Counted from the first letter of the stretch, positions 1 to 7,862 are shown. The stretch: 11,794 nt of DNA from Archangiaceae bacterium (GCA_043750125.1 JAYVCD010000256.1:1-11794); one strand, 5' to 3'. The notes: generated by a model from the sequence alone, not told the origin. Made by a program: numbers and translations.

Positions 1-681
1 GACGAGGTTGTTGGCCACGTCGAAGTAGTGGTTGCCGAGCTGAACGTAGGTGTCGGGGACGAACTTGCTGCCCGGGTAGTTCTTGATCAGCTCCTCGTAG
101 CGTTTGACCGCGAGTTCCTTCTTTCCGATCTCGTACTGGTTGTAGCCGAGGGAGAAGAGCACCTCGTCCTTGCGGTCGTAGGCTGGGTACTCGCGCAGAA
201 TCGTCTCGTACAACCGCATCGTCTCGGATCGATAGAGCTCGGACTCGCGGTGATCTTCCTTCGCGTCGGCGAGCTTCTCGCCCTTGTTGCGGGCCTCATC
301 GACCTTCTTCTCGTCTTCCTGGTACTTCCGCATTTCCTTCACGTAGAGGAACTTGGATTTTTCCCAGTAGAACTCTGAGAGCTGGAACAACAGCTCGGCC
401 TTCTGCGGCGAGCCCTCTTCGATTCTGGGGATGATGCGCTTGAGCGAGTCGATCGCCTCTTCGCGCTTCTTGTCGGCGATCGCGTCCTTCTCGGCGTCTT
501 CGAGCCGGGGCAGCGAGTCCTTCAGCGCTGCGGGGCCGCGCCGCTCTTTCTTGCGCTCTTCGGCCTTCTTGTCGGCAGCTGAGACCGGCGCGGCCTTCCT
601 GGCGTCCTTCTTCTTGGCCTGAGCAAACGCGCTACCAACGAGCAAAACCCCGAGCACGACGGGAAGGATCCGCACCTTCAT
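1..681 (-). CDS. Large exported TPR protein, GltD(AgmU)/NfsD-like (partial, runs off the left edge)
   Basis: Not in the ORF track because it has no stop in the window. ATG at 681-679 with AGGAG at 695-691. Open frame to position 1: MKVRILPVVLGVLLVGSAFA|QAKKK...KREEAIDSLKRIIPRIEEGSPQKAELLFQLSEFYWEKSK...YETILREYPAYDRKDEVLFSLGYNQYEIGKKELAVKRYEELIKNYPGSKFVPDTYVQLGNHYFD. Signal peptide ending AFA, then TPR-like helices. Position after the GltC-like gene fits glt/nfs gene order. Confidence 0.8.
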   Translation of the reverse strand, partial: MKVRILPVVLGVLLVGSAFAQAKKKDARKAAPVSAADKKAEERKKERRGPAALKDSLPRLEDAEKDAIADKKREEAIDSLKRIIPRIEEGSPQKAELLFQLSEFYWEKSKFLYVKEMRKYQEDEKKVDEARNKGEKLADAKEDHRESELYRSETMRLYETILREYPAYDRKDEVLFSLGYNQYEIGKKELAVKRYEELIKNYPGSKFVPDTYVQLGNHYFDVANNLV

Positions 682-703
682 TTGATCAAACTCCTGGACT
701 TAG

Positions 704-739
704 AAAAAGCGCGCGGACCCTACAACAGAGGGCCGCGCG
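704..739 (-). terminator. Candidate intrinsic terminator or attenuator hairpin between the small ORF and the GltD-like gene
   Basis: Minus-strand RNA CGCGCGGCCCU-CUGUUGU-AGGG(U)CCGCGCG followed by CUUUUU: an 11-bp GC stem with one bulge and a U5 tail, 20 nt after the stop at 760. Confidence 0.5.
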
Positions 740-759
740 ATGAAAAGGCTGGCGGCTCG

Positions 760-1071
760 TCAGCTTCGCGGGGTTGCGGGACCGTCGGCGCACAGCGAAA
801 ACTGCCCACCGTCGCCCGACAACAACAGGCAACCTCGACTTATTCTGTCGACCTTCACGGCCTCGATCCCGAGGCGATCGTTGATGTGAACCAGCACCAC
901 TTCGCCCAGCTCGCCCTCGACGACGGCCAGCTCGCCCCGGGTCTCGAGGACCTGCAGCTTTCCAACCGGGGTGGCAGCGAACTCATGGTGCTCGACAGGC
1001 GCAACGACGGGAACAGCCGCGTGCGCGAGGCCCAACCCAGAACCCAACGCGAGGGCCAGCGCCCGGTTCAT
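760..1071 (-). CDS. Small exported hypothetical protein, possible PilP/GspC-HR-like beta domain
   Basis: 103 aa. Its start overlaps the upstream stop as ATGA (1071-1068), suggesting translational coupling. Signal-peptide-like N-terminus ending AHA|A, one C-terminal Cys pair. The pattern AVVxxxxGxVxxVxxxDxLGxxxxxVxxI recalls the PilP core. Confidence 0.7.
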   Translation of the reverse strand: MNRALALALGSGLGLAHAAVPVVAPVEHHEFAATPVGKLQVLETRGELAVVEGELGEVVLVHINDRLGIEAVKVDRISRGCLLLSGDGGQFSLCADGPATPRS

Positions 1072-2576
1072 TCCTTCCCGCCCGGGCAGCCGCGCTTGAG
1101 CGTGTACTGGTAGTAGCCGATCTCATCGCGCCAGAACTCGCCCTGAAACTTCCAGTAGTTCCAGCTCTCGCCGGGCATCTTGGGCCGGTACAGCGTCTGC
1201 GCGCGCAGCACCTTCGACTGATCGACTCCCGCCTCGGCCAGTTCCTTCTCGGCCTTCGACGTTTCGAACCGGATGATTTCCGCCTGGTCGCCAAAGCTCT
1301 TCACGTTGCGAAAGGCCTCGGACAGACGGTTCTTCGCGAACTGCCCTGCGACCTTTTCGAGCAGGGCACGGTTCTGATCCAGATAGGGGACGAGCTCGTT
1401 CGACAGCTTCGCCGCGCGCCAGCTCTGGTTGTCCTCGATCAGCTTCTTCTCGAGCTCGATCTGCCTCAGCATCGTGAAGACGCCCAACATTCGCTCGTTC
1501 GAGCGAACCCAGTTGAGAATCGGAGTGGGGACTTTGTCGCTCTTCGCGTCGATCAGCTTGAAAAAGACTGCCGGGTCGGTGTCGGCGCCCTCGAGAATCG
1601 GCCTCAACTTCTCGGCCATCGGGGTGTACAGCTCGTCGTAGGCGGCCAGGGTCGTCTTCGCCTCTTCATACAGGCAGCTGAAGTAGTAGGTGGTGCTCTT
1701 CAAGATCCACGACTCGGGCTGGAACGCACCGGCGAACTGAGGAGCGTGCAAGGCCTGCAGTGAACCCAGCGCGCCGCCCAGATCGTCGTTCTGAAAGCGC
1801 GCGAACCCGTTCTCGAACAACGCCTGATCCCAGTAGAGCGAAAACCGGGGAATCCGCTCGTACGCATCGACCGCCTTCTGGTACTCGCCGGCGCCGTAGT
1901 AGGTGCGCCCCAGGCCGAGCAGCGCCAGCTGTTGGGTGAGCACCAGGTCCTTCTGGGTCTTGGCGGTGATTTTCAGCACCCGCTCGAACGCCTCGATCGC
2001 CAGCTGAGTCTTGGCCCCGTCCGGAAACCGGGGGTCGACCAGCACGATCCCCAGCATGTACTGGCTCTTGGCGTAGACCGCGCTCTCTTCGGCCACGGCC
2101 TCGAGAAACGACTTGGCCTCGTCGTACTTGGCCGTGCGGTAGACGATGGTCCCAATCAAGTAGTTGATGCGTGAGAGCACTTCGAGCGGCAGCTTCGCCC
2201 ACTCTTCCGAGTAGTTCTTATTGAGCCAGCTGGGGATCAGGTACTGGTCTCCCAGGGCTTCCTGGATGTTGACCAGGCCTTCGACGCTCTTCAGGTAGAA
2301 CGGGTGCGCCTTCCCGGCGTTCGCGATCGCCGTGAAGTAGACCAGCGCGGTGGCCGGAAGCCCTTTCTTCGCGAACGAGCTGCCGAGGTAGTACTCGGAC
2401 TTCGAGCGGATGTCCGGGTCGGTGGCGGTGTTGTTGACCTCGAAGAACAGCTGGGCGGCCTGGTCGAAGTCACTCGAGTTGTAGGCCGAGAGCGCCTTGG
2501 TATAGAGGGCGGCGTCCTGGCCGAAGCTGGCCAGCGGCGACAGCAACGCAAGAGTCAGTACAAGAGAGCGCGTCAT
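1068..2576 (-). CDS. GltC/NfsC-family exported TPR protein
   Basis: 502 aa, signal peptide, multiple TPR-like repeats. C-terminal WNYWKFQGEFWRDEIGYYQYTLKRGC matches the W-x-F-x-GEFW-x-DE-x-G-x-Y tail I recognise from GltC-family proteins. Lies directly downstream of two beta-barrel genes. Confidence 0.85.
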   Translation of the reverse strand: MTRSLVLTLALLSPLASFGQDAALYTKALSAYNSSDFDQAAQLFFEVNNTATDPDIRSKSEYYLGSSFAKKGLPATALVYFTAIANAGKAHPFYLKSVEGLVNIQEALGDQYLIPSWLNKNYSEEWAKLPLEVLSRINYLIGTIVYRTAKYDEAKSFLEAVAEESAVYAKSQYMLGIVLVDPRFPDGAKTQLAIEAFERVLKITAKTQKDLVLTQQLALLGLGRTYYGAGEYQKAVDAYERIPRFSLYWDQALFENGFARFQNDDLGGALGSLQALHAPQFAGAFQPESWILKSTTYYFSCLYEEAKTTLAAYDELYTPMAEKLRPILEGADTDPAVFFKLIDAKSDKVPTPILNWVRSNERMLGVFTMLRQIELEKKLIEDNQSWRAAKLSNELVPYLDQNRALLEKVAGQFAKNRLSEAFRNVKSFGDQAEIIRFETSKAEKELAEAGVDQSKVLRAQTLYRPKMPGESWNYWKFQGEFWRDEIGYYQYTLKRGCPGGKE

Positions 2577-2591
2577 GGGGTGGTTGGCTCT

Positions 2592-3668
2592 TTAGAAGAG
2601 GAAGGAAGCGCCGAGGTACAGGCCGAGGTTGTTGAGGACGTCCGAAGAAATCGGCGGCTTGACGAGCGCGTTGGCGAGCGGAATGTCTTCCTCCCGCTTG
2701 CGACCCGTTTTCGGATCCGTGCCTTCGAATGAGTCGGCCCGGCAGGTGTTGCTGACGGACGCAGCGCTGGGCTTGCTGGCCGCGGCCATGGCGATCAGAT
2801 CGCTTCTCGAGCAGCCGTTCACCGCGTCGACGCGCGCGGTGTAGACCACGTCGCGCAGCTCGAGCCGGAAAGCGAAGTGCTTGCCCAGTTGCAGGCGCAG
2901 CCCGCCGCCCAATTCGCCGAGAAAACGCAACCCGGTATCGCCGTAGGTCGCAGGCCCTGCGGAATTGATCGGCTTGAGCTGGTGGCGGGTGCCTCCCAGC
3001 CCAAGGCTTCCGTTGATGACGATCGAGAAGTGGGCGAGGTTGTTCTCGAACAGCGCGAACTTCCCGTAGATCGGCGTCACTTCGACCCCCGCCAGGGCCC
3101 CCCACACGTTGAGCAGCGACGTGGCGGCTTCGGCTTCCGAACGAACTTTGGCGACGAGCTCGCCGTTGAAGCCCGACTCTTCGTTCGAGTAGTTGTAGTA
3201 GCCGGAGACCTGGAAGCCGAAGTTCTCTTGCAGATGGTAGACGTAGCCGAGGCCCGCTCCGAAGTGCTGAGTGAACTTCCCGTTGATCTGAATCTGGGTC
3301 GCCGGGAAGAGAATGATCTCGTGGCGGCCTTTGTCGGCAAACGGCTTCTGCTCGACGATGTGCACCGCGACGTTCGGGTTGTAGAGCGGCGCGCCCGAGA
3401 CGAGCTTCTGAGCCCGGATGTTGCTGGCCGCCGGCGTCGTCGACACCGCGCCCATCGGCGCAGCTTCCTTCTTCTCGTCAGGCTTCTTCTCGTCCGGCTT
3501 CTTCGTCGCCTTGGAGCCGGGGCTGGGATCTTCTTCCTCGTCGTCGGCCGTGCCGGGTTTCGCCGGCGACTGGGCGATGGGTGCGTCGGTCGCCAGCGGC
3601 TCAGAGACTTCCAGAGCGACTGCCGAAGCAGACCAAACGAGAGCAGCAAACAGGATCATCGTTCTCAT
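2592..3668 (-). CDS. Outer-membrane beta-barrel protein, GltA/GltB(NfsA/B) family
   Basis: 358 aa, signal peptide ending AVA|L, low-complexity N-terminal linker. V-x-x-V-E-Q-K-P-F...GRHE start of the barrel, PIYGKF motif, alternating beta-strands, C-terminal BAM-type signal YLGASFLF. One Cys pair in a long loop. Confidence 0.85.
   Translation of the reverse strand: MRTMILFAALVWSASAVALEVSEPLATDAPIAQSPAKPGTADDEEEDPSPGSKATKKPDEKKPDEKKEAAPMGAVSTTPAASNIRAQKLVSGAPLYNPNVAVHIVEQKPFADKGRHEIILFPATQIQINGKFTQHFGAGLGYVYHLQENFGFQVSGYYNYSNEESGFNGELVAKVRSEAEAATSLLNVWGALAGVEVTPIYGKFALFENNLAHFSIVINGSLGLGGTRHQLKPINSAGPATYGDTGLRFLGELGGGLRLQLGKHFAFRLELRDVVYTARVDAVNGCSRSDLIAMAAASKPSAASVSNTCRADSFEGTDPKTGRKREEDIPLANALVKPPISSDVLNNLGLYLGASFLF
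3468..3504. repeat. Short 15-bp tandem repeat (about 2.5 copies) encoding KKPDE-KKPDE-KK in the barrel's N-terminal linker
   Basis: cttcttctcgtcagg / cttcttctcgtccgg / cttcttc; in frame. Confidence 0.7.
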
Positions 3669-3684
3669 GGGTAATTTTTTCCGG

Positions 3685-4497
3685 TCAGAAGATGAACGTG
3701 TAGCCGATGTCGAACTGGACCAGGTTGGTGATGCCGGGTGACACGGCGGTTCCGCCGCCGGTCGTATTGCCGGTCAACGCCAACGCCCGGTTGGCTCCGG
3801 TGACGTAGGTGTCGAGCCAGCTGTAGTCGCGGATCTCCAGGCGGACGGCGTGGTTGTTGGTGACGAAGAAGCGAAAGCCCGCAGCCAGAGAGACCAGCGG
3901 CCCGACCTTGCTGTCCTTGAGGTACGACACGCACTTGTTCTCGTTTTTGCCGGTGTCGGGGTTGGCCACCATTCCTTCCTGATTGCAGATCACGACCGAG
4001 GTGCGATCGAGCATCGCCACACCGCCCCCGACGAAGACGTAGAACTGAAAGTGCACGGGCAGCTCGGCCATCAGCCCGAGCTTTCCGTAGATCGGCTGCC
4101 AACGAAGGCCGACGATCGCGTTGAGCTTCATTTCCCACAGGTCGGAAAGATCGTTCGCGGTCGGAAGTGAAGTCTTTGCCTGGGCGAAGAACTTGTTGGC
4201 GATGTCGTCGGCCAGACTGGTGTGCCCCGAGATCGCGTAGCCGACACGCAGCTCGACGGCCAGGCTGTCCATGAAGTTGTAGCCGGCCGAGAGGCTCAAG
4301 TTGTAGTGGTCGGTGAGCCGCGACAGCATCGAGAGGCCGATGTTCAGCCCGAGCTCGAAGCGCCCCTCGACGTTGAAGAGGCGATTGCGGACCACCACCT
4401 TTTCGACCAGCTCCTCACCACCTCCTCCCTCTTCGGCCCAGACGGCCGACGCGGAAAGAGCGAGCAACAGGCAACTGAAATTCCGAAAGATCTTCAT
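3685..4497 (-). CDS. Outer-membrane beta-barrel protein, GltA/GltB(NfsA/B) family, second paralogue
   Basis: Start taken as ATG 4497 (MKIFRNFSCLLLALSASAVWA|E, signal peptide; 270 aa), 8 nt after the VWA gene stop. VVVRNRLF...GRFEL and WQPIYGKL motifs, C-terminal IGYTFIF beta-signal, one Cys pair in a loop. Confidence 0.85.
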   Translation of the reverse strand: MKIFRNFSCLLLALSASAVWAEEGGGGEELVEKVVVRNRLFNVEGRFELGLNIGLSMLSRLTDHYNLSLSAGYNFMDSLAVELRVGYAISGHTSLADDIANKFFAQAKTSLPTANDLSDLWEMKLNAIVGLRWQPIYGKLGLMAELPVHFQFYVFVGGGVAMLDRTSVVICNQEGMVANPDTGKNENKCVSYLKDSKVGPLVSLAAGFRFFVTNNHAVRLEIRDYSWLDTYVTGANRALALTGNTTGGGTAVSPGITNLVQFDIGYTFIF

Positions 4498-4505
4498 AGG
4501 AGTCG

Positions 4506-6002
4506 TCACGGACAGCTGTTCTGGAAGGTGGCCTGCACGTCGTAACAAATCTCGACAGCACTCAAAGACTCGGGCACCGAAGCGCCGTCAAAGCGGATCA
4601 CGTTGCGCAACGAAGCGCCGTCGCATTTCACGTACTGAGGTTGGTTGCTTGCCTGCCCGAGGTTCACGTCGACCTTCCGGGCGCAGCGGCCTGAGCGGCA
4701 GAAGCCTCCGGCGGGACAGTTGCCCGACACCTGGCACGCCGCCGAGGTTGGGGAAGCGACATAGAGCTCGATTCCTGTCGCCCTGCCCTGCATCGGCCGC
4801 AAGTCAGGGCCGCGCGCGAGGCGAAATTCCTTTCTCAGCCCCGAAGCGGCGTAGCCCAAAGAGGCCAGTGCGCCCGAGAAGCCGGCGTCGGAAATCCCAC
4901 CGTCGTTTTCGTCGCTTTCGCAAATGCTGACCGCGACGCCGCCGGTATCGGCGGCGACCTTCAGGTAGCGCGAGCCGTAGTAGCCGACTTCGATCCCGCT
5001 GCCGGGCAGCGCCGCGTTGGTCCCCGACTTGGGGCACGGGGCACCCGAGTTCGATCGGCAGCAACCGATGTGTGCAGCGAGATCGCCGAACTGGGAAGGA
5101 ACGCCCGAATCGGCGTCACCGTCGACGGCGACCACCGCGGCGAGCGCGACCAGGTCGGCGTTGCCATAGCCTTTGTAGGTCTCGAGGAACCGGGTGAAGT
5201 AGGCTGTCGACCCGTACGCGTTGGCCCCGCCCAGCGCGGTGTCCGAAGCGCAGCGGCAGCCAGGGTCGGCGGTGCAGACAATCTGGCTCACCAACGGGTT
5301 GCAGGACGAATCGTCTTCATCGCTGACGACGATCACGTACAGCGCGGCGTCCGCGCGAATGAACCTCGTGCTGATGGCGGTCGAGAGGTTCACCGGGTTG
5401 GTGAGCGCGAGGTAGACGGCGAGCAGCCCGCGTTCTTGCGCGCTGCCCTGTGTGCCGACGAGGGACATCTTCGCGAAGGCGAGCCCCGCGCTGCTGGTGG
5501 CGCCGGCGACGGTGCTGCTGGTGTTGCACAGGGTCCCTCCGGCCATCTGGGGCACGCAGGCGATGTGATCTGCCGACAGCGGGCCCAGGGCCCAGGGTCG
5601 AAGGGTGCCGCGGGTCGCCGGATCATCGGTGTCGGTGGTGATGACCGCGATGTGAAAATCAATGGGCGGGTTGGCGGTGACGAGCTGATTGATGAAGCCG
5701 CTGAAGCTGTCGGCCAGGCGCGCCTGCTTGGGGGCCATCGAGCCCGAGCTGTCGACCACCCACAGAATGTCCACCTTGCGCACCGACAGCTGCTGAAAGA
5801 CGTCGCACTGGTGCGGGGTGTTGATCGCGAAGTTCTTGGTTTCCATCGTCGGATCAACGAGCACTTTGGGAGCGCCGGTGTCGACCTGCGGTGCACCGGG
5901 GACCACGACGAACGCCTCGGCGACCGCTCTCGTGCGCGAGCGGTCCTGGCACGCCGTCAGCGCGCTCAAAGCCGTAATGAATACGATCGCCCCTCGGTGC
6001 AT
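4506..6002 (-). CDS. Cys-rich von Willebrand factor A (VWA) domain lipoprotein, CglB-like candidate adhesin
   Basis: 498 aa. Lipobox LTA|C at Cys18 with Gln at +2. MIDAS DxSxS in VDILWVVDSSGSM, plus FHIAVITTD and YVIVVSDEDD strands typical of myxobacterial VWA proteins. 18 further Cys. Confidence 0.85.
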   Translation of the reverse strand: MHRGAIVFITALSALTACQDRSRTRAVAEAFVVVPGAPQVDTGAPKVLVDPTMETKNFAINTPHQCDVFQQLSVRKVDILWVVDSSGSMAPKQARLADSFSGFINQLVTANPPIDFHIAVITTDTDDPATRGTLRPWALGPLSADHIACVPQMAGGTLCNTSSTVAGATSSAGLAFAKMSLVGTQGSAQERGLLAVYLALTNPVNLSTAISTRFIRADAALYVIVVSDEDDSSCNPLVSQIVCTADPGCRCASDTALGGANAYGSTAYFTRFLETYKGYGNADLVALAAVVAVDGDADSGVPSQFGDLAAHIGCCRSNSGAPCPKSGTNAALPGSGIEVGYYGSRYLKVAADTGGVAVSICESDENDGGISDAGFSGALASLGYAASGLRKEFRLARGPDLRPMQGRATGIELYVASPTSAACQVSGNCPAGGFCRSGRCARKVDVNLGQASNQPQYVKCDGASLRNVIRFDGASVPESLSAVEICYDVQATFQNSCP

Positions 6003-6058
6003 TTGAGCCGCGCGTGCCTAGCACAGCGGCCGGCTGCAAAGACAATCGGTTTTGCGTC

Positions 6059-7852
6059 TTATCTCAGGGTGTTGGGCACGCAGACCTGAACGGTGTTGTC
6101 GGTCACGTCCTTCACGGTGTCGCAGGCCCAGTCCGTCGGGCACCCGGCGCTGTTGGTACAGGCGAGCGTGCAGATGGGCCCTGAGTCTTTGCGGATGCAC
6201 AGCCCGCTCGCGCAGGCGGCCGGACCAAACGCGCAGACCGCACCGGCCTGGCCCCCGCCTTCGGGGAAACAGACATCGACGACGCCCGACGCGTTCGGAA
6301 GCGAAGCCTTGCGGCACAGAAATCCGGAAGGGCACGGGCCCTGATTGGCGCAGGTCACGCTGCACACCCGCGCGGTTCCCAAGTCCAGGCAGGTGCCTGT
6401 CTGACACGGAGATCGCCCCGGGCTGCAGTCATCGCCAAACAGCCCGCCCAGCGGAGCACAGACCCCCGCCCCCGCCTTCGGCCCGTCGGGGCCGCGCTTG
6501 TCGCTCGAGCAATCGTAGCCGTCCGGGCCTGATTCACAGCAGCGGTAACGGCTGTCGGCGCACTGGCTGTCGGTGGTGCACGGAAGGCTGCACAGCGCGC
6601 TGTTGCCGGCCTTGAGGCAAACGCCGGCGACGCAGTCGGCCGCGCCGGTCTTGCTGCAGTCATCGCCCAGTCGACCCAGACCGGACTTGCAGGTGCCGCG
6701 CTGGGGCAGGCAATAGCTCTTCATCAGGCCCGCGGCGTCCGCGACGACCTTGCAGACGAAGCCCGGGCCAAAGCTGCGCACGCAGGCCGAATCGTCCGCG
6801 CAGGGCGTCGAGCAGAACGACTCACCCTTGAACGGGCAGCTGGGGCAGTTGTTGACCAGGCAGCGGTTCTCGGGGTGCGAGCCCTTGCGGCAATCGTCGT
6901 TGTCGACGCAGGGAGCGCATTCCCGACCGTCGGTGGCGTTCTGACACAGCTGCGAAGCGCAGGTTTTTCCCAGGCCGCACTGGCGCAGCTGGCCCACTTC
7001 GTCGGCAGGGACCGCGTCGCAATAGCCCAGGCAGGTGTTCGAGTTGGGCACGCACTGGAAGGGGCCCTTCACGTCGGGGTCGTCGCTCTTCCCGATGTTG
7101 GTGCACGAGAAGCCGTTGGGGCACTCGGGGTTCCGCGCGCTGTCGAGTTTTTCAGGCTCGCAGCCCGGCTGGGGGCAGAGGTTCTTCTTCGGGTTGCAGT
7201 CCCGGCCGCAGAACTTCTCGCCCGACACCACGTTGCGAACGCAAACATCGAACGGCCCGCCGCACTCTGCGTCGCCGCTGCAGGCCGCGCACAGCTCTTT
7301 ACCGAAGTTGCACGACTGGGTGACCGGCACGCACTGCTTGATCACCGCGTTCTCGGGGCCTGCCGGAATCGGCTGGCAGTTGAAGCCCAGCGGGCACAGG
7401 TCGCCCGGGTCACAGCCCGAGGTGCAAAAGCGCTCGCCAGAGCCGATCGCAGAGAAGCACGCGCCCCCGGGCGGACACTGCAGCGCGTCCTGACAAGGAG
7501 AACACAGGGTCCGGCTGACCTTGATGTAGCAGTTGCCGCTTTTGGGATTGCAGCTGTGACCCGACGGACAGTCGTTGTCGACCTTGCACCCGTCGAGCTG
7601 CTTGCAGACCTTCCCGAAGCGACCGGCGGCCTGACAGAGGTAGTCGTCAGGGCAGCCGGTATCGTTTTGACAGTTGCGGGTGCAGAAGCCCGACTTCGAG
7701 TCGAGCCCGACGCACAACCCGTCGGCGCAGCCGAGGCTTCCGACCGCACCGGTGGGATCGCACGCGCTGCCGATCGACAACAGTTGGCGCTGCGCCGGCC
7801 CGCATCCGCTGGCCAGACCCAACACCAACGCTGCCCAGAGGCTCGCGCGCAC
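6059..7852 (-). CDS. Very Cys-rich repeat lipoprotein
   Basis: 597 aa, GTG start 10 nt after the rplC stop. Lipobox ASG|C at Cys17. 77 Cys by manual count (about 13%) in repeated modules such as C-x3-C-x5-CP-x-G-x2-C. Confidence 0.85.
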   Translation of the reverse strand: MRASLWAALVLGLASGCGPAQRQLLSIGSACDPTGAVGSLGCADGLCVGLDSKSGFCTRNCQNDTGCPDDYLCQAAGRFGKVCKQLDGCKVDNDCPSGHSCNPKSGNCYIKVSRTLCSPCQDALQCPPGGACFSAIGSGERFCTSGCDPGDLCPLGFNCQPIPAGPENAVIKQCVPVTQSCNFGKELCAACSGDAECGGPFDVCVRNVVSGEKFCGRDCNPKKNLCPQPGCEPEKLDSARNPECPNGFSCTNIGKSDDPDVKGPFQCVPNSNTCLGYCDAVPADEVGQLRQCGLGKTCASQLCQNATDGRECAPCVDNDDCRKGSHPENRCLVNNCPSCPFKGESFCSTPCADDSACVRSFGPGFVCKVVADAAGLMKSYCLPQRGTCKSGLGRLGDDCSKTGAADCVAGVCLKAGNSALCSLPCTTDSQCADSRYRCCESGPDGYDCSSDKRGPDGPKAGAGVCAPLGGLFGDDCSPGRSPCQTGTCLDLGTARVCSVTCANQGPCPSGFLCRKASLPNASGVVDVCFPEGGGQAGAVCAFGPAACASGLCIRKDSGPICTLACTNSAGCPTDWACDTVKDVTDNTVQVCVPNTLR

Positions 7853-7862
7853 TTGTGCGGAC

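Noticed and set aside
3468-3504. Tandem repeat as a CRISPR or phase-variation element
   Set aside because: Only about 2.5 in-frame 15-bp copies, no spacers; it simply encodes a low-complexity linker.
1068-4497. Assigning the symbols gltA/gltB/gltC or nfsA/B/C
   Set aside because: Family membership is recognisable, but orthology among several paralogous clusters cannot be settled without a phylogeny.
4498-4548. Upstream start of the second barrel gene
   Set aside because: It overlaps the VWA gene end; ATG 4497 gives a normal signal peptide.
6059-7852. Multiheme cytochrome or ferredoxin reading of the Cys-rich protein
   Set aside because: The CxxC motifs (CSPC, CAAC, CAPC, CPSC) are never followed by His and do not fit CxxCxxC ferredoxin spacing; export signal and even Cys counts favour disulfides.
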